Positions 15,812-25,708 of a stretch of DNA of 64,000 nucleotides are shown in pieces. How positions within the stretch are numbered: position 1 is the stretch's first letter; each line of letters begins with the position of its first letter. The stretch is taken from positions 10,326 to 74,325 of IMG/VR virus record IMGVR_UViG_2974723051_000001; one strand, written 5' to 3'. The position numbers and the translations under genes were made by a program. Source of the stretch: a virus. Taxonomy: Duplodnaviria > Caudoviricetes. The notes below the pieces were generated by a model, which made no database searches, had not been told where the DNA came from, and saw only the letters and a program-made list of their open reading frames with translations.

Positions 15812-16786
15812 TTAACGTTGAACAACAACCTTAACGTGACGGTCTACACCAGAATCTTGGAAGATTTCGATAGCATCAGGAATAATTAGTCCTTCACCAT
15901 CACGTTTTGGACGCCAGCGGAATGCATGAGTAGCGTGCGTATAGTTATCTTCTGCATCAAACATTTGAACACTTGATGGGAAAGATGAACTTAGGTTATG
16001 AGCTACAGTTGTCCATAACTGGTTAGGAATTGTGATATTGGCTGGTGAAATAAATTTAGAACTTGCTTGCTCAGCCGCTAGACTCTCTAGCGTAGATTCA
16101 GCTACTTGAAGTACTTGAAGTACGTTAGAGCCATCAGGGAATAGAGTACCATTGAATACACCTAGATTATTTGCATTTGTGCCAAACAATTGAGTGGTAC
16201 GTTGGTAACTTGCTGCTGCATCAATTTGGTTCTGCATCATAGTATTACCAATATCCGTCATTACTGACTGTAAATTAGCAGCATTAGAGAAGTATAGTTG
16301 AGAGCTATCTAGAGAGGTATTTAGAGCAGTTGCGGCAGGAATAGGCACAGTATTCCACAATTGAGCATCTACACCTACGGTAGCTACATCAGCTAGCAAC
16401 TCATATTTACGACCAGCATGGTCACCTTCAAGAATAAATACAGAGGTATGTGCTTTTAGTTCACTAGCTTCATCTGCATCCGCTGTACGTGTCCAGTTAC
16501 CATCAGCGTCTACAACATAGATACCATTCTCAGCAGCATCGGTTTGCGCCGATAGTAAGAAGCGGTCTTCAGCGACGAGTGTGTAGCCGTCTTCTGTTAG
16601 GAAACCGCCAGTAGCCACCACTTGATTCTCATGGAAAGCTACTTTAACTGATTCTAGGCTTTTTAGTGAACCAGCAATCATTTCTTCAAGTTGGTGTAGA
16701 GGTACTAAATCATTTGCTGCAACAGCAGGTAAATCAGAATTAGCACCTGAACGAAAACGATAAGTTACATTGATTGGTTGCGTCAT
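15812..16786 (-). CDS. virion decoration/fibre-type protein
   Basis: DRFLL..QTDAAENGIYVV..G.WTR.ADAD domain and C-terminal W..VAHNL...P..VQMFD domain; start MTQPINV after AAGGA. Confidence 0.7.
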   Translation of the reverse strand: MTQPINVTYRFRSGANSDLPAVAANDLVPLHQLEEMIAGSLKSLESVKVAFHENQVVATGGFLTEDGYTLVAEDRFLLSAQTDAAENGIYVVDADGNWTRTADADEASELKAHTSVFILEGDHAGRKYELLADVATVGVDAQLWNTVPIPAATALNTSLDSSQLYFSNAANLQSVMTDIGNTMMQNQIDAAASYQRTTQLFGTNANNLGVFNGTLFPDGSNVLQVLQVAESTLESLAAEQASSKFISPANITIPNQLWTTVAHNLSSSFPSSVQMFDAEDNYTHATHAFRWRPKRDGEGLIIPDAIEIFQDSGVDRHVKVVVQR

Positions 16787-16797
16787 AATATTTTCCT

Positions 16798-16970
16798 TAA
16801 TATATAATTGCAAAACCATTTAAAGGTATGTCAGAAATGATGGTAACAGTACCTTCCATTTTGTCATATTGCTGTATGACTCCATGAGTCATATCTATAC
16901 CATCATTGTCTAGTATTCTAATGTTATCACCCACATTAGCAAATATCTTTTTACGTTTTATGTTCGTCAA
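16798..16970 (-). CDS. small ORF (about 57 aa) resembling the C-terminal beta domain of neighbours; start uncertain
   Basis: Open frame ...NVGDNIRILDNDGIDMTHG...TVTIISDIPLNGFAIIY; only a TTG start with weak RBS. Confidence 0.4.
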
Positions 16971-16975
16971 CTCTA

Positions 16976-17284
16976 TTATTGGGAGCTTGTAGAATTGCTA
17001 CTATTATGTTGTGTTACATAAACATTGATAGTACCTCCCTCACCATCCACAACAATTGGTTCATCACCTTCAATTTGGTACTCATATTCAAGCTCACCTA
17101 CTATTGGGTCAATCCCAAAGTTCACATGAAGAGTACCATCTTTGAATTCCCAACTATCAATCTCTTTGGAGTTTCCATCACCTCCATAAGCAGCTAATGG
17201 TCGCCCTTTAGAAGCACCTTCCGGTAGTATGATTTTCCACACCACCTTTTCTTCTTCTTGTATATAAGTATTACGTTTAATCAC
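16976..17284 (-). CDS. small structural-module protein
   Basis: Overlaps the 1575-aa gene; beta-rich W.I.LP...TLHVNFG pattern. Confidence 0.65.
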   Translation of the reverse strand: MIKRNTYIQEEEKVVWKIILPEGASKGRPLAAYGGDGNSKEIDSWEFKDGTLHVNFGIDPIVGELEYEYQIEGDEPIVVDGEGGTINVYVTQHNSSNSTSSQ

Positions 17285-20200
17285 GATAAATCCCTAATGT
17301 TACTCGACCAATCAATACAGTTTCTCCGAAGGAAACCTTCAAGGTATGGTCTTCATTGTTATAGTCCCAATCCAGTGCCTTTACAGGACGGATTGAATTA
17401 TTAGGCAACTGCTTAACAGCACCTAAAACTACTAAGTGGTCTGTGTCTTCGATTGTTATAGGGAAGGTCACAGAACTTACATTACCAACATCTTTAGTTA
17501 CAGTTAAGCTATTAGTATAAATATGGTCAAACTGGTGAAGGTCAATATTGGCAAACGGGTCATCCTCTGTGGGCTCCGTGAGTTCTTTAAAGTTGATTGA
17601 AACATCAACAAGGGGAACTTTATCAGCCACAGAAATTAAGTAAGCACCATCTGGCATATCAGACTTAGCTCTTAGAGCAATCCTATCACCTGCTTTAACA
17701 GCAAAAGTGAAAGGAGTCATTGAGTACATACCAGAGGAGCTTCCACTAATTGGGAAGCTTGTTCTAGAGTCTGGAATCTCACTCATAGTACCATCAGAGG
17801 CCACAGTAACCCACCAAAACTCCGTAGGATGGTTTGAGGCTTGAGCTTGTTCAGAGGCGATGTTAAGTAACGTATTGACCGTTGCTTGTCCATCTTTACC
17901 AAACTTTAATGCACCTTCACCACCACTAGCGGAAGAACCGGGAATCTGATTCACCATAGGGTCTAACGTAATATCGGCTTTACCTTTACGATGTGTTCCA
18001 CAAGGAACTGGATTACCATCAGCGGCATCTCCAAGTGTGTAACGTAGTGAATATAGACCTGTAGCATCCTGAACGGACTCATAGAACTCATTATCATACT
18101 CCAAGTGTAACTCATTAAGCTTACGTGATTGGTGGATATGATAGAAGTAGAATGGGTCTTTTGCACCTACATTGAACGTTTTAAGTTTCAATTCAGTAGG
18201 TTGCTGTACGGACTCAGGATAGATTACTACAGCATAGTTAACAGCAGTTTTAGGTACTGTGAACTCATGGGTAACCTCGTGGTCTTCATTGGCAACATCT
18301 TTAGGGATGAATAGAGAATCCACTAGGGACCAACCAGATTGGAACGCAGGTGCTCCACCACTACGTGTAGTGAAGAGTTCCTGAGTGTACTCATCAGGTT
18401 TACCTGTCCATTGCAACAAGGCAACCCTAAAGGCGGCATCTTTGTTTGTTAGGGCAAGCTTCACACTCAATACCTTCTCACGCATAGCATAAGTTGGTAC
18501 TGCATCCTCAATCTTACCGAAGACAAAGTCAACCATGTTGGAACCGTTATCTTTGAGCACCATTCGACCATCGACGAAGCCTACCATGAGGTTCGAGATG
18601 TTATTCAAATGAAGACCATCAGGGAAGTCAGCCCCTTCACCACCTGTACCTTCCGAAAGAGGCATTACATAAGAAGATAGCCAATCAATGTTGGTCATCT
18701 CATTGCCCATGTAATAACGAGTGAACTCAATGTTCTGCTCGGTATCCACTTCATACTGTAGGGAGGCTAGACCAGATTTAGAGGTAGGTAGAAGGGCTTG
18801 TACCATAACACCTGAAACACCTCTATCTCTTGGCATGATGGTAATATCATCCTTATCAAAGGAATCAACAACGTGCATTGTGAACTCTTTCAAGCCCTTA
18901 GCATTAACAACACCAACAGTTTCTAATGAGCCTAGTTTGTCACCTAAATGGTAGTATCGACGTACCACTAATGGGTGACCATTGGAATCCTCTAGGTACT
19001 TCACTGGTTGTCCAAACTCAGCTTTCTCAGCCAAATAGATTTGAACAAAACCATCAGCAGGTGCTTCACCTTCCAATGCAATCCTGAAGGCTACTAAGTA
19101 GTCAGTACCACCAGTAACATTAGGGTCACCTTGGTCAGCCTCTTGCAAACCAATGGCCTTAGCTTTCATATCCTTGACAATATATGTACCATTATCAACA
19201 ACAATATCGGTAGGGTAAATAGCTCCATCAGCGTGTGATGTAGCTGTGTGAGTTTTACCTATAATAACTATATCAGTATTAAGGTAAGCTAAGTATCCCG
19301 GAGCATGGATAGCCTCAAACGTACCTTCCTGTAATCTTAATCGAACCGCATCAGCATCATCAGGGTCAGCATAGGATTGTAATGGAGGTTCTGCTAATAC
19401 AATTGAACCTTTTGCATTACTTGACGCATCACCCAAGGTTCCCCAAGTGGTTGCAGCGGTTAATGTTACGGAATCAATAGAGTCACCATCAGGACGGGTA
19501 GCAGTTATACCTTTCAATTTAAGTAAGTCAATATCACCAAAGTTATTTACTCCATCATCCACTGTAATTCCTAATGAAGCATTCGCGACATGGGACTTAA
19601 TATCAGCAATAAAAGAATCATAAGATGTAGGAACAAAACCTGACATCAATACCACCCAATCAGTATTATTATGGACAAGCCATAAGGTATTCTGGGGAGG
19701 TAGATTGATAGATGTCCCACCATTAATTGTAAGTCCCGTTGGGGCTATTAAGGTGACTGTATGAGTCTTATCTTCATTCTTTAGGAAGAAGAGAGCTCCA
19801 TCATAATGTCTACCTTGGTTAGGTAATGAAAGAACTTCATTTTTGGTTAGGTCGTGAAGGACACTGAAGTAACCTGACTGTGCTATATTAGGGAATACTG
19901 GTAAAGTCTTCCCACGGAACACGAAGAAACTCTGAAGCTCACCTACTCTTTGTGATAGTGCTGACATAGTAGTATCTAAGTTATCTACCCTGCGGTCAGT
20001 ATCCTCTACAATGGTTTCAATGGAGTTAACACCAGAATTGACATATTCTTCGGTAGCAATCTTTTTCTCAACCCACTGCATAAGGTTTAATTTTAGGTAA
20101 GGGGTTGAACCAGTACCATCCATTTTAATAGGGTTATCAGCATGGTCCTTACCAGAGAAAGTCAACGTGACTACCTCACCAGAAAGTACATCAGGAGGTG

Positions 20201-22004
20201 TAGCGAGAGTGAGGGTATTACTACCAGCTTCGAGGTTGAAGAAGGTCTCAGCCCAGATGTTCTCATTATCAGCATTTCGGAAATTGATAAGTAGTTCTTT
20301 GATAACCTCAGAGGAACGGATGTCCATTGATACAATCGTAGCATCTTTATCAGAACTAAAGGAAACCGTAGGGTTCTCAACTTGAGAACTATAATCAGAA
20401 TGAATTACTTTCTCTTGAGGATTACCATAAGCTCTAATAAATGCCTCATCTTTATTGGCTGAAATGGCCTGCGTAAGTACCTTATACGTTTTAGGGTCAT
20501 CTAGAGGACTTATTAATATTCCGTGACCATCAGAAGAAATATTTACATCCCCTAAATAAAAACCTGAAGGCTCCGCAATAGTTTGCTCAGCAATCTTACG
20601 TATACCAGATGCTTTTAAAGCATTGTCAGTACTATCCCAATAAGGTATATCACCTTGGTTTAGGTTTGATATATCTAAATCATTAGAGTTACTTAAAGGA
20701 AGATTATGAAAACCAACAGAACCAGTATTATCTGTACCATAGTATTTGGAATTGCCAGCTTGGTCTGCACCTGTTAATTTATCCGCTAAATCTACTGCAC
20801 CATCATCATTAGAATCAAGTCTTTCGATATCTTTAGTAGTAGTTACTGTAAGGTCTGACCAGTCAGTGAAGTATGTAGTAAAAGCAGGGATAAGCTGATT
20901 ACCAAAACCAGTCCCACCTTTAAGTACTACATCTGAACCATCAGTACTATGTATCTTAACCCTATACGTATTACCCGCCCTAAAGTCAGCAGGGTTATAA
21001 AAATCTATATGATGTTTACCAGCAGTTAAATCACCTAAAGCAATAGACCAAATATCTTCATCGGTTACTACATCAGTAACATGTATTTCAATATTTGTAG
21101 CATCTTGTGCTAATTCAATATCACAACCAAAGTTAGTGATATTATCTACAACAGGTATAGTAAAGGAAGGATTAGTTAAATCTTGGTCATTAACTGTTTG
21201 AATAGGGTTAGTCTTAGCTGTCCCGTACTTACGTATATAACCTGTATCTTTGTTATATCCTACTTCTTGCCATAAGGGTGCATATATCTGTTTGCTAACT
21301 TTATTAGTTACCATAAGATTTTCAGCACTACTAGATAAGGTATGTGAACCTAAATCAAGTGAACTAGGTTCTAAACTTAATGAACCATCATCGTTAGACT
21401 TAACACCGGAATTAACAAACTTTTGCGCTGAAGCGTCCCATTTGATTAATGCATTGTCGGTTAGTGTAGATACATCAATATTACCCCCACCTGCACCAAC
21501 AGGTGTATGCCAACCTAATACTCCGTTAGAGTTTTTACCATAGTACTCACCAGCATTAGCTGAATCCGCACCTGCAACTTTTTCAGCAGAATCTACAATA
21601 CCATTATCATCAGTATCATAGACTGATTTATTCATATCTCCATATTGGAGAGGAACCTTAGAAGGGTCTATTTCAGTTGTTCTTGGTTCGATAAATAACT
21701 CACCTTGTCTATCAGTATAAATTTTACCATTAGGGGCAGTCAGTTTAATATCGTAAAAATAAGGTTTGGAATGGCCCTTACCCAGTGTAGATGCACTAGG
21801 AAATACCACATTGTATTCTCCGGCAGTTCCATTAGTAATTACTCCCTGCACATCCAATATGGAATACCGAGATGCCATACTAATCCTTGCCTGAAGTGTG
21901 ACAGTATATCCGGTAATGTTACCCATACCTGCCTTAAAAGGTATAGTTATATCATCACCTTCGTATACCTCAATAGTATCCTTGATAGGTATATATCCAG
22001 TCAT
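17277..22004 (-). CDS. large beta-rich virion appendage / receptor-binding-like protein (1575 aa)
   Basis: BppU-like N-terminus (IEVYEGDD...YFYDIKL); internal duplication with DxxxxGxVD motif; G/S/T/D rich. Confidence 0.7.
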   Translation of the reverse strand: MTGYIPIKDTIEVYEGDDITIPFKAGMGNITGYTVTLQARISMASRYSILDVQGVITNGTAGEYNVVFPSASTLGKGHSKPYFYDIKLTAPNGKIYTDRQGELFIEPRTTEIDPSKVPLQYGDMNKSVYDTDDNGIVDSAEKVAGADSANAGEYYGKNSNGVLGWHTPVGAGGGNIDVSTLTDNALIKWDASAQKFVNSGVKSNDDGSLSLEPSSLDLGSHTLSSSAENLMVTNKVSKQIYAPLWQEVGYNKDTGYIRKYGTAKTNPIQTVNDQDLTNPSFTIPVVDNITNFGCDIELAQDATNIEIHVTDVVTDEDIWSIALGDLTAGKHHIDFYNPADFRAGNTYRVKIHSTDGSDVVLKGGTGFGNQLIPAFTTYFTDWSDLTVTTTKDIERLDSNDDGAVDLADKLTGADQAGNSKYYGTDNTGSVGFHNLPLSNSNDLDISNLNQGDIPYWDSTDNALKASGIRKIAEQTIAEPSGFYLGDVNISSDGHGILISPLDDPKTYKVLTQAISANKDEAFIRAYGNPQEKVIHSDYSSQVENPTVSFSSDKDATIVSMDIRSSEVIKELLINFRNADNENIWAETFFNLEAGSNTLTLATPPDVLSGEVVTLTFSGKDHADNPIKMDGTGSTPYLKLNLMQWVEKKIATEEYVNSGVNSIETIVEDTDRRVDNLDTTMSALSQRVGELQSFFVFRGKTLPVFPNIAQSGYFSVLHDLTKNEVLSLPNQGRHYDGALFFLKNEDKTHTVTLIAPTGLTINGGTSINLPPQNTLWLVHNNTDWVVLMSGFVPTSYDSFIADIKSHVANASLGITVDDGVNNFGDIDLLKLKGITATRPDGDSIDSVTLTAATTWGTLGDASSNAKGSIVLAEPPLQSYADPDDADAVRLRLQEGTFEAIHAPGYLAYLNTDIVIIGKTHTATSHADGAIYPTDIVVDNGTYIVKDMKAKAIGLQEADQGDPNVTGGTDYLVAFRIALEGEAPADGFVQIYLAEKAEFGQPVKYLEDSNGHPLVVRRYYHLGDKLGSLETVGVVNAKGLKEFTMHVVDSFDKDDITIMPRDRGVSGVMVQALLPTSKSGLASLQYEVDTEQNIEFTRYYMGNEMTNIDWLSSYVMPLSEGTGGEGADFPDGLHLNNISNLMVGFVDGRMVLKDNGSNMVDFVFGKIEDAVPTYAMREKVLSVKLALTNKDAAFRVALLQWTGKPDEYTQELFTTRSGGAPAFQSGWSLVDSLFIPKDVANEDHEVTHEFTVPKTAVNYAVVIYPESVQQPTELKLKTFNVGAKDPFYFYHIHQSRKLNELHLEYDNEFYESVQDATGLYSLRYTLGDAADGNPVPCGTHRKGKADITLDPMVNQIPGSSASGGEGALKFGKDGQATVNTLLNIASEQAQASNHPTEFWWVTVASDGTMSEIPDSRTSFPISGSSSGMYSMTPFTFAVKAGDRIALRAKSDMPDGAYLISVADKVPLVDVSINFKELTEPTEDDPFANIDLHQFDHIYTNSLTVTKDVGNVSSVTFPITIEDTDHLVVLGAVKQLPNNSIRPVKALDWDYNNEDHTLKVSFGETVLIGRVTLGIYRD

Positions 22005-22195
22005 ACATTAGTCCTTTAATAGTGCTGGAATAGCTTTTATTACGGCTGTCCCAGCCGTGGGATGGTTTTGCTATTAACGTATTCCTTACGTAACAGCTCC
22101 GAGAATTATGCACCATTAATTTTAACTTTGAAAGTCAACTCCGTTGACTGCTTTGAAAACTTTTATTTACTTTATTTCTAATTGGAGAAAACAAA

Positions 22196-22585
22196 ATGTC
22201 ATTACAACGTGTAAACCTAAAAACTGCTGAAAAATACGCTAAAGCTGCAATCCAAGCTAAACGTGTACCATATGTTGCCGGTTCTCCGGGCTGTGGTAAA
22301 TCAGCAATGTTTGCCGCTATCGCTAAACAAGCGAACCTCAAGATGATTGATATTCGTCTTGCACAAGAAGACCCAACTACTATCAATGGTTTCCCATCAC
22401 TTGATGCAGGCCGTTCTAAGTACTTGCCACCAGCTCTATTTCCACTTGAAGGTGATGAGCTACCGGTTGACCCTGCTGTATTCGATGCAGATGGTAACCT
22501 TGTTAAACCTGAGCACAAGTACCGTGGTTGGTTGGTATTCTTCGATGAGCTACCATCAGCTCCACGTTCTGTTCAAGCTGCTGCT
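22196..22585 (+). CDS. MoxR-type AAA+ ATPase (N4 gp24-like), exon 1
   Basis: Walker A GSPGCGKS, DIRLAQ, Walker B VFFDEL, ends VQAAA. Confidence 0.9.
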
Positions 22586-23492
22586 TAATTATAGGCATTC
22601 ATACTGGTGACAGTATGTCTAAAATTACCTAAAACGGGAAACTCTATAAATCATTTTATATTTGCTTGTACTGTACAAGCAACTACAATATGATAATAGA
22701 CAATCCGTTACTAAATAGGTTAATTATGATTGAAACTTGGAAACCAATACCAAACTATGAAGATAAATATGAGATATCTGATTTAGGGAATATTAGGAGT
22801 ATTACCCGACAAGCAAGAACCAAAGGAAATAGTACTAGAACTATTCAAGGTAAATTACTTAAACAGCAGATAAATCATAGAGGGTATTCCATTATCGGAT
22901 TATCTACAGGAAAGTCAGTTAAAACTTTCACTGTACATCAATTAGTAGGTTTGGCCTTTATTCCAAATTTCATTAAAGGAACACAATTAAATCATATAGA
23001 TGGTAACAAGCAAAATAATGCTTTAACTAATCTAGAATCGTCTGATAGTTCTCATAACCAGCTTCACGCTGTAAGAACAGGTTTAAAAACCAAATCGGGT
23101 AAGTCACGATTTAATAATGTAACTTTCGTTAAGAATCCTAGAGCCAAGAAGAAATGGGCAGCATCTATAAGACATGCTGGTAAATCTTCGTATGGTTGGA
23201 AAACATTTGATACAGAAGAACAAGCTGCAAAACATGTAGATAAGCTTCTAGATTCAATTGGGGATACTGAACGTAATCGTAATTTTCCTTAAATGTCCAA
23301 CGACTATCCCTCGGTCACACAGCTTTAAAAAGTGACAATAGGAGTACGGCCCAAGTATATGGGGCGGGTGAGAATCCCTTAAATGGAAATGGTAATCATC
23401 TCTATGAGATGTTGATATAGTCTGCTCTATACGGTGACGTATAGCTGTGAGAAATCACGGGGAGAGTGTTACGAACTCTCTCGAACACAAGG
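22586..23492 (+). mobile_element. group I intron in the AAA+ ATPase gene, carrying an HNH ORF
   Basis: Exon UGCU pairs with intron GGCA (U.G); P10 UUAUA/UAUAA; P7 GACTA 23302-06/TAGTC 23418-22; terminal G23492; splicing gives in-frame VQAAA|YKIILDR. Confidence 0.9.
22726..23292 (+). CDS. intron-encoded NUMOD4-HNH-AP2 homing endonuclease
   Basis: ETWKPIPNYE.KYEISDLGNIRS; VHQLV..AF..NHIDGNKQNN...NLE; C-terminal KWAASI...FDTEEQAA. Confidence 0.88.
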   Translation: MIETWKPIPNYEDKYEISDLGNIRSITRQARTKGNSTRTIQGKLLKQQINHRGYSIIGLSTGKSVKTFTVHQLVGLAFIPNFIKGTQLNHIDGNKQNNALTNLESSDSSHNQLHAVRTGLKTKSGKSRFNNVTFVKNPRAKKKWAASIRHAGKSSYGWKTFDTEEQAAKHVDKLLDSIGDTERNRNFP

Positions 23493-24200
23493 TATAAAAT
23501 CATTCTTGACCGTCTGATTGGTAACACTCCACTGCATGAAAACTGTTTCCTTGCAGCAGCGGGTAACCTTCTAACAGATGGTGCTATCGTAAATGAAATT
23601 GGTACTGCTCTACGTTCTCGTATGATTCACATTCATGTTGAGTCTACGCCTGACCAGTACATCGAACTAGCGGCTACTAAGCTTAAGCTAGACCGTCGTA
23701 TCATCTCGTACTTAGCGTACCAGAAGAAGAACGTTAACAACTTTGCACAGTTCCAGAACGGTTCATCTGACGAAACATTTGCGTGTGAGCGTACTTGGGA
23801 ATTCGTATCAGATATCCTTGCGCAAGTTGCGCCAAACCAAGAATCACCTGTTCCTGCTGAATGGACTAACCTACTTGCTGGTACTGTTGGTTCAACTGCG
23901 GCTGAATTCGTAACGTTTACTGAAGCGTTCAAAGACCTACCAACATTTGCAGATATCATCAAAGACCCTAAAGGTGCGATGATTCCAAACAAAGCACCAG
24001 TAATGTGGCTGCTTACAGGTATGCTAGTTGGTAATGCAGACCTAACCAACCTAGACGAAATCATGGACTACGTTAACCGCCTACCTCGCGAATTCCAGTT
24101 TGTAACTGTGAAAATGCTGTGGGGTAAAGATGACGAGTTCCTAACAAACAGTAAAGTTGAAAAGACGTTCGACCAAATTGGCGACCTTCTAATCGGCTAA
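23493..24200 (+). CDS. MoxR-type AAA+ ATPase (N4 gp24-like), exon 2
   Basis: AAGN, ALRSR arginine finger, TFACERTWEF; spliced product 365 aa. Confidence 0.9.
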   Translation, partial: YKIILDRLIGNTPLHENCFLAAAGNLLTDGAIVNEIGTALRSRMIHIHVESTPDQYIELAATKLKLDRRIISYLAYQKKNVNNFAQFQNGSSDETFACERTWEFVSDILAQVAPNQESPVPAEWTNLLAGTVGSTAAEFVTFTEAFKDLPTFADIIKDPKGAMIPNKAPVMWLLTGMLVGNADLTNLDEIMDYVNRLPREFQFVTVKMLWGKDDEFLTNSKVEKTFDQIGDLLIG

Positions 24201-24207
24201 TTCAAAT

Positions 24208-24234
24208 AGGCTCACAAACGTGAGCCTTATTTTT
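24208..24234 (+). terminator. intrinsic terminator-like hairpin
   Basis: AGGCTCAC-AAAC-GTGAGCCT-TATTTTT. Confidence 0.65.
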
Positions 24235-24246
24235 ATATTGGAGAAA

Positions 24247-25479
24247 ATGGTAATGGACCAAGAAAAACTTTCTAGTGCGGCAGATAAAATCTCTCGCAAC
24301 TTAATGCAGCTAATGCGTACCTCTCACAATACATTTGTAGTTAATGTACTTCTAAATCTAACTCGCGAACCTTCAGAAAACATCGAAAACGGGATGACTC
24401 TGGAAGGTACAACATTGAAGTACGACCCAGCGTTTATTCTCGACAAATCGGATAAAGAAGTGCAGTTCGCTTTAATGCATATTACTTGGCACATTCCTTT
24501 CTTCGATATGCTTCGTGCTCAAGCCAAAGACGATAAAGAGATTTGGAACCAAGCAGCAGACAACTACAACAACCTGATGATTAAGAATGAATCATCTAAT
24601 GGTGTTGATGTTCCTGATTGGGCTGAATGTCAGAAGCGTTTCAACGGTAAAGAGAAAGATGAAATCTATGACATCTTACTCAAAGAGAAGGAAGAACAAG
24701 AGCAACAAGACCCTAACGGCGGTGGTGGAGGTCAAAGCAATGACCCACTAGCCGGTGACTTAGGTGGCCAAGGACAACCAGATAATGACGGTGACGGGGA
24801 TGGTGAAGGTCAACAGCCTCAAATGTCTCAGCAACAAATGGAAGAACTACAACAGCAAATGGAATCCATCGTGCAACAAGCTGCGATGCAAACCAAAATG
24901 GCTGGTGGTGATGTTCCTAACAATGTTGAGAACTGGCTTGAAGAACTGTACAACCCTAAACTTCCTTGGGACCGTATACTAGCTAAGTATATGGATGACT
25001 ACTCAACGGATGACTACTCTTACCAAAAGGTAAATAAGAAGTTCTTCCCTCACGGTATTCTACTTCCTACTACTTTCTCTGAAGGTCTAGGTGAAATCGT
25101 TATTGCTAATGATGAATCTGGTTCTGTATCCGATGATGAGTATAAAACTTATCTAGGTGCAATCCATGATATTCATGACCGCTTGAACCCAGCGGGTATG
25201 CACATTCTTAACTTCACTACAAAGATTGTAAGTGAACATAAGATTGAGCGTGATGATGATATCAACAAGATTAACTTCCGTGGATGCGGTGGTACGCATA
25301 TACCTTGTGTCTTTGACCATATTGAAAAGACAGGTATGAAACCACAAGTTCTAATTCTATTTTCCGATATGGAATCCCCTATGCCAACCAAAGCACCTAA
25401 CTACGATACTATTTGGATAAGCGTTAACAATCCTAGATTTAAGCAACCGTTCGGACGTTGTATTCATATCGAGGTATAG
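24247..25479 (+). CDS. metallopeptidase-like / vWA domain protein (N4 gp25-like)
   Basis: MIDAS DESGS, GCGGT, FSDM; HxxxH and WNQAAD N-terminal domain; adjacent to AAA+ gene. Confidence 0.85.
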   Translation: MVMDQEKLSSAADKISRNLMQLMRTSHNTFVVNVLLNLTREPSENIENGMTLEGTTLKYDPAFILDKSDKEVQFALMHITWHIPFFDMLRAQAKDDKEIWNQAADNYNNLMIKNESSNGVDVPDWAECQKRFNGKEKDEIYDILLKEKEEQEQQDPNGGGGGQSNDPLAGDLGGQGQPDNDGDGDGEGQQPQMSQQQMEELQQQMESIVQQAAMQTKMAGGDVPNNVENWLEELYNPKLPWDRILAKYMDDYSTDDYSYQKVNKKFFPHGILLPTTFSEGLGEIVIANDESGSVSDDEYKTYLGAIHDIHDRLNPAGMHILNFTTKIVSEHKIERDDDINKINFRGCGGTHIPCVFDHIEKTGMKPQVLILFSDMESPMPTKAPNYDTIWISVNNPRFKQPFGRCIHIEV

Positions 25480-25480
25480 C

Positions 25481-25663
25481 ATGGAATACTGCCTTAAACA
25501 GAAAGGGAAAGATGCAATACCTTACTCAAAGAGAGGGTTACTCTGTGTGTTTGAGAGTGTTGATGCAGCCGTAGAATTTCGTAAGGGCTTACCTATGCAC
25601 TTACAACAAGAATACACTGTGGAACCCTGCGAAGTAACAGTACTATTCTTAAACAACAAATAA
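25481..25663 (+). CDS. hypothetical protein
   Basis: GAGGT RBS. Confidence 0.65.
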   Translation: MEYCLKQKGKDAIPYSKRGLLCVFESVDAAVEFRKGLPMHLQQEYTVEPCEVTVLFLNNK

Positions 25664-25668
25664 CTAAT

Positions 25669-25694
25669 TGGGTTCCTACGGGAACCCATTTTTT
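25669..25694 (+). terminator. intrinsic terminator
   Basis: TGGGTTCC-TACG-GGAACCCA-TTTTTT. Confidence 0.8.
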
Positions 25695-25708
25695 ATAGTG
25701 AGCTTAGT

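Noticed and set aside
22196-24200. Two separate ATPase genes or a broken gene
   Set aside because: Intron splicing joins them in frame.
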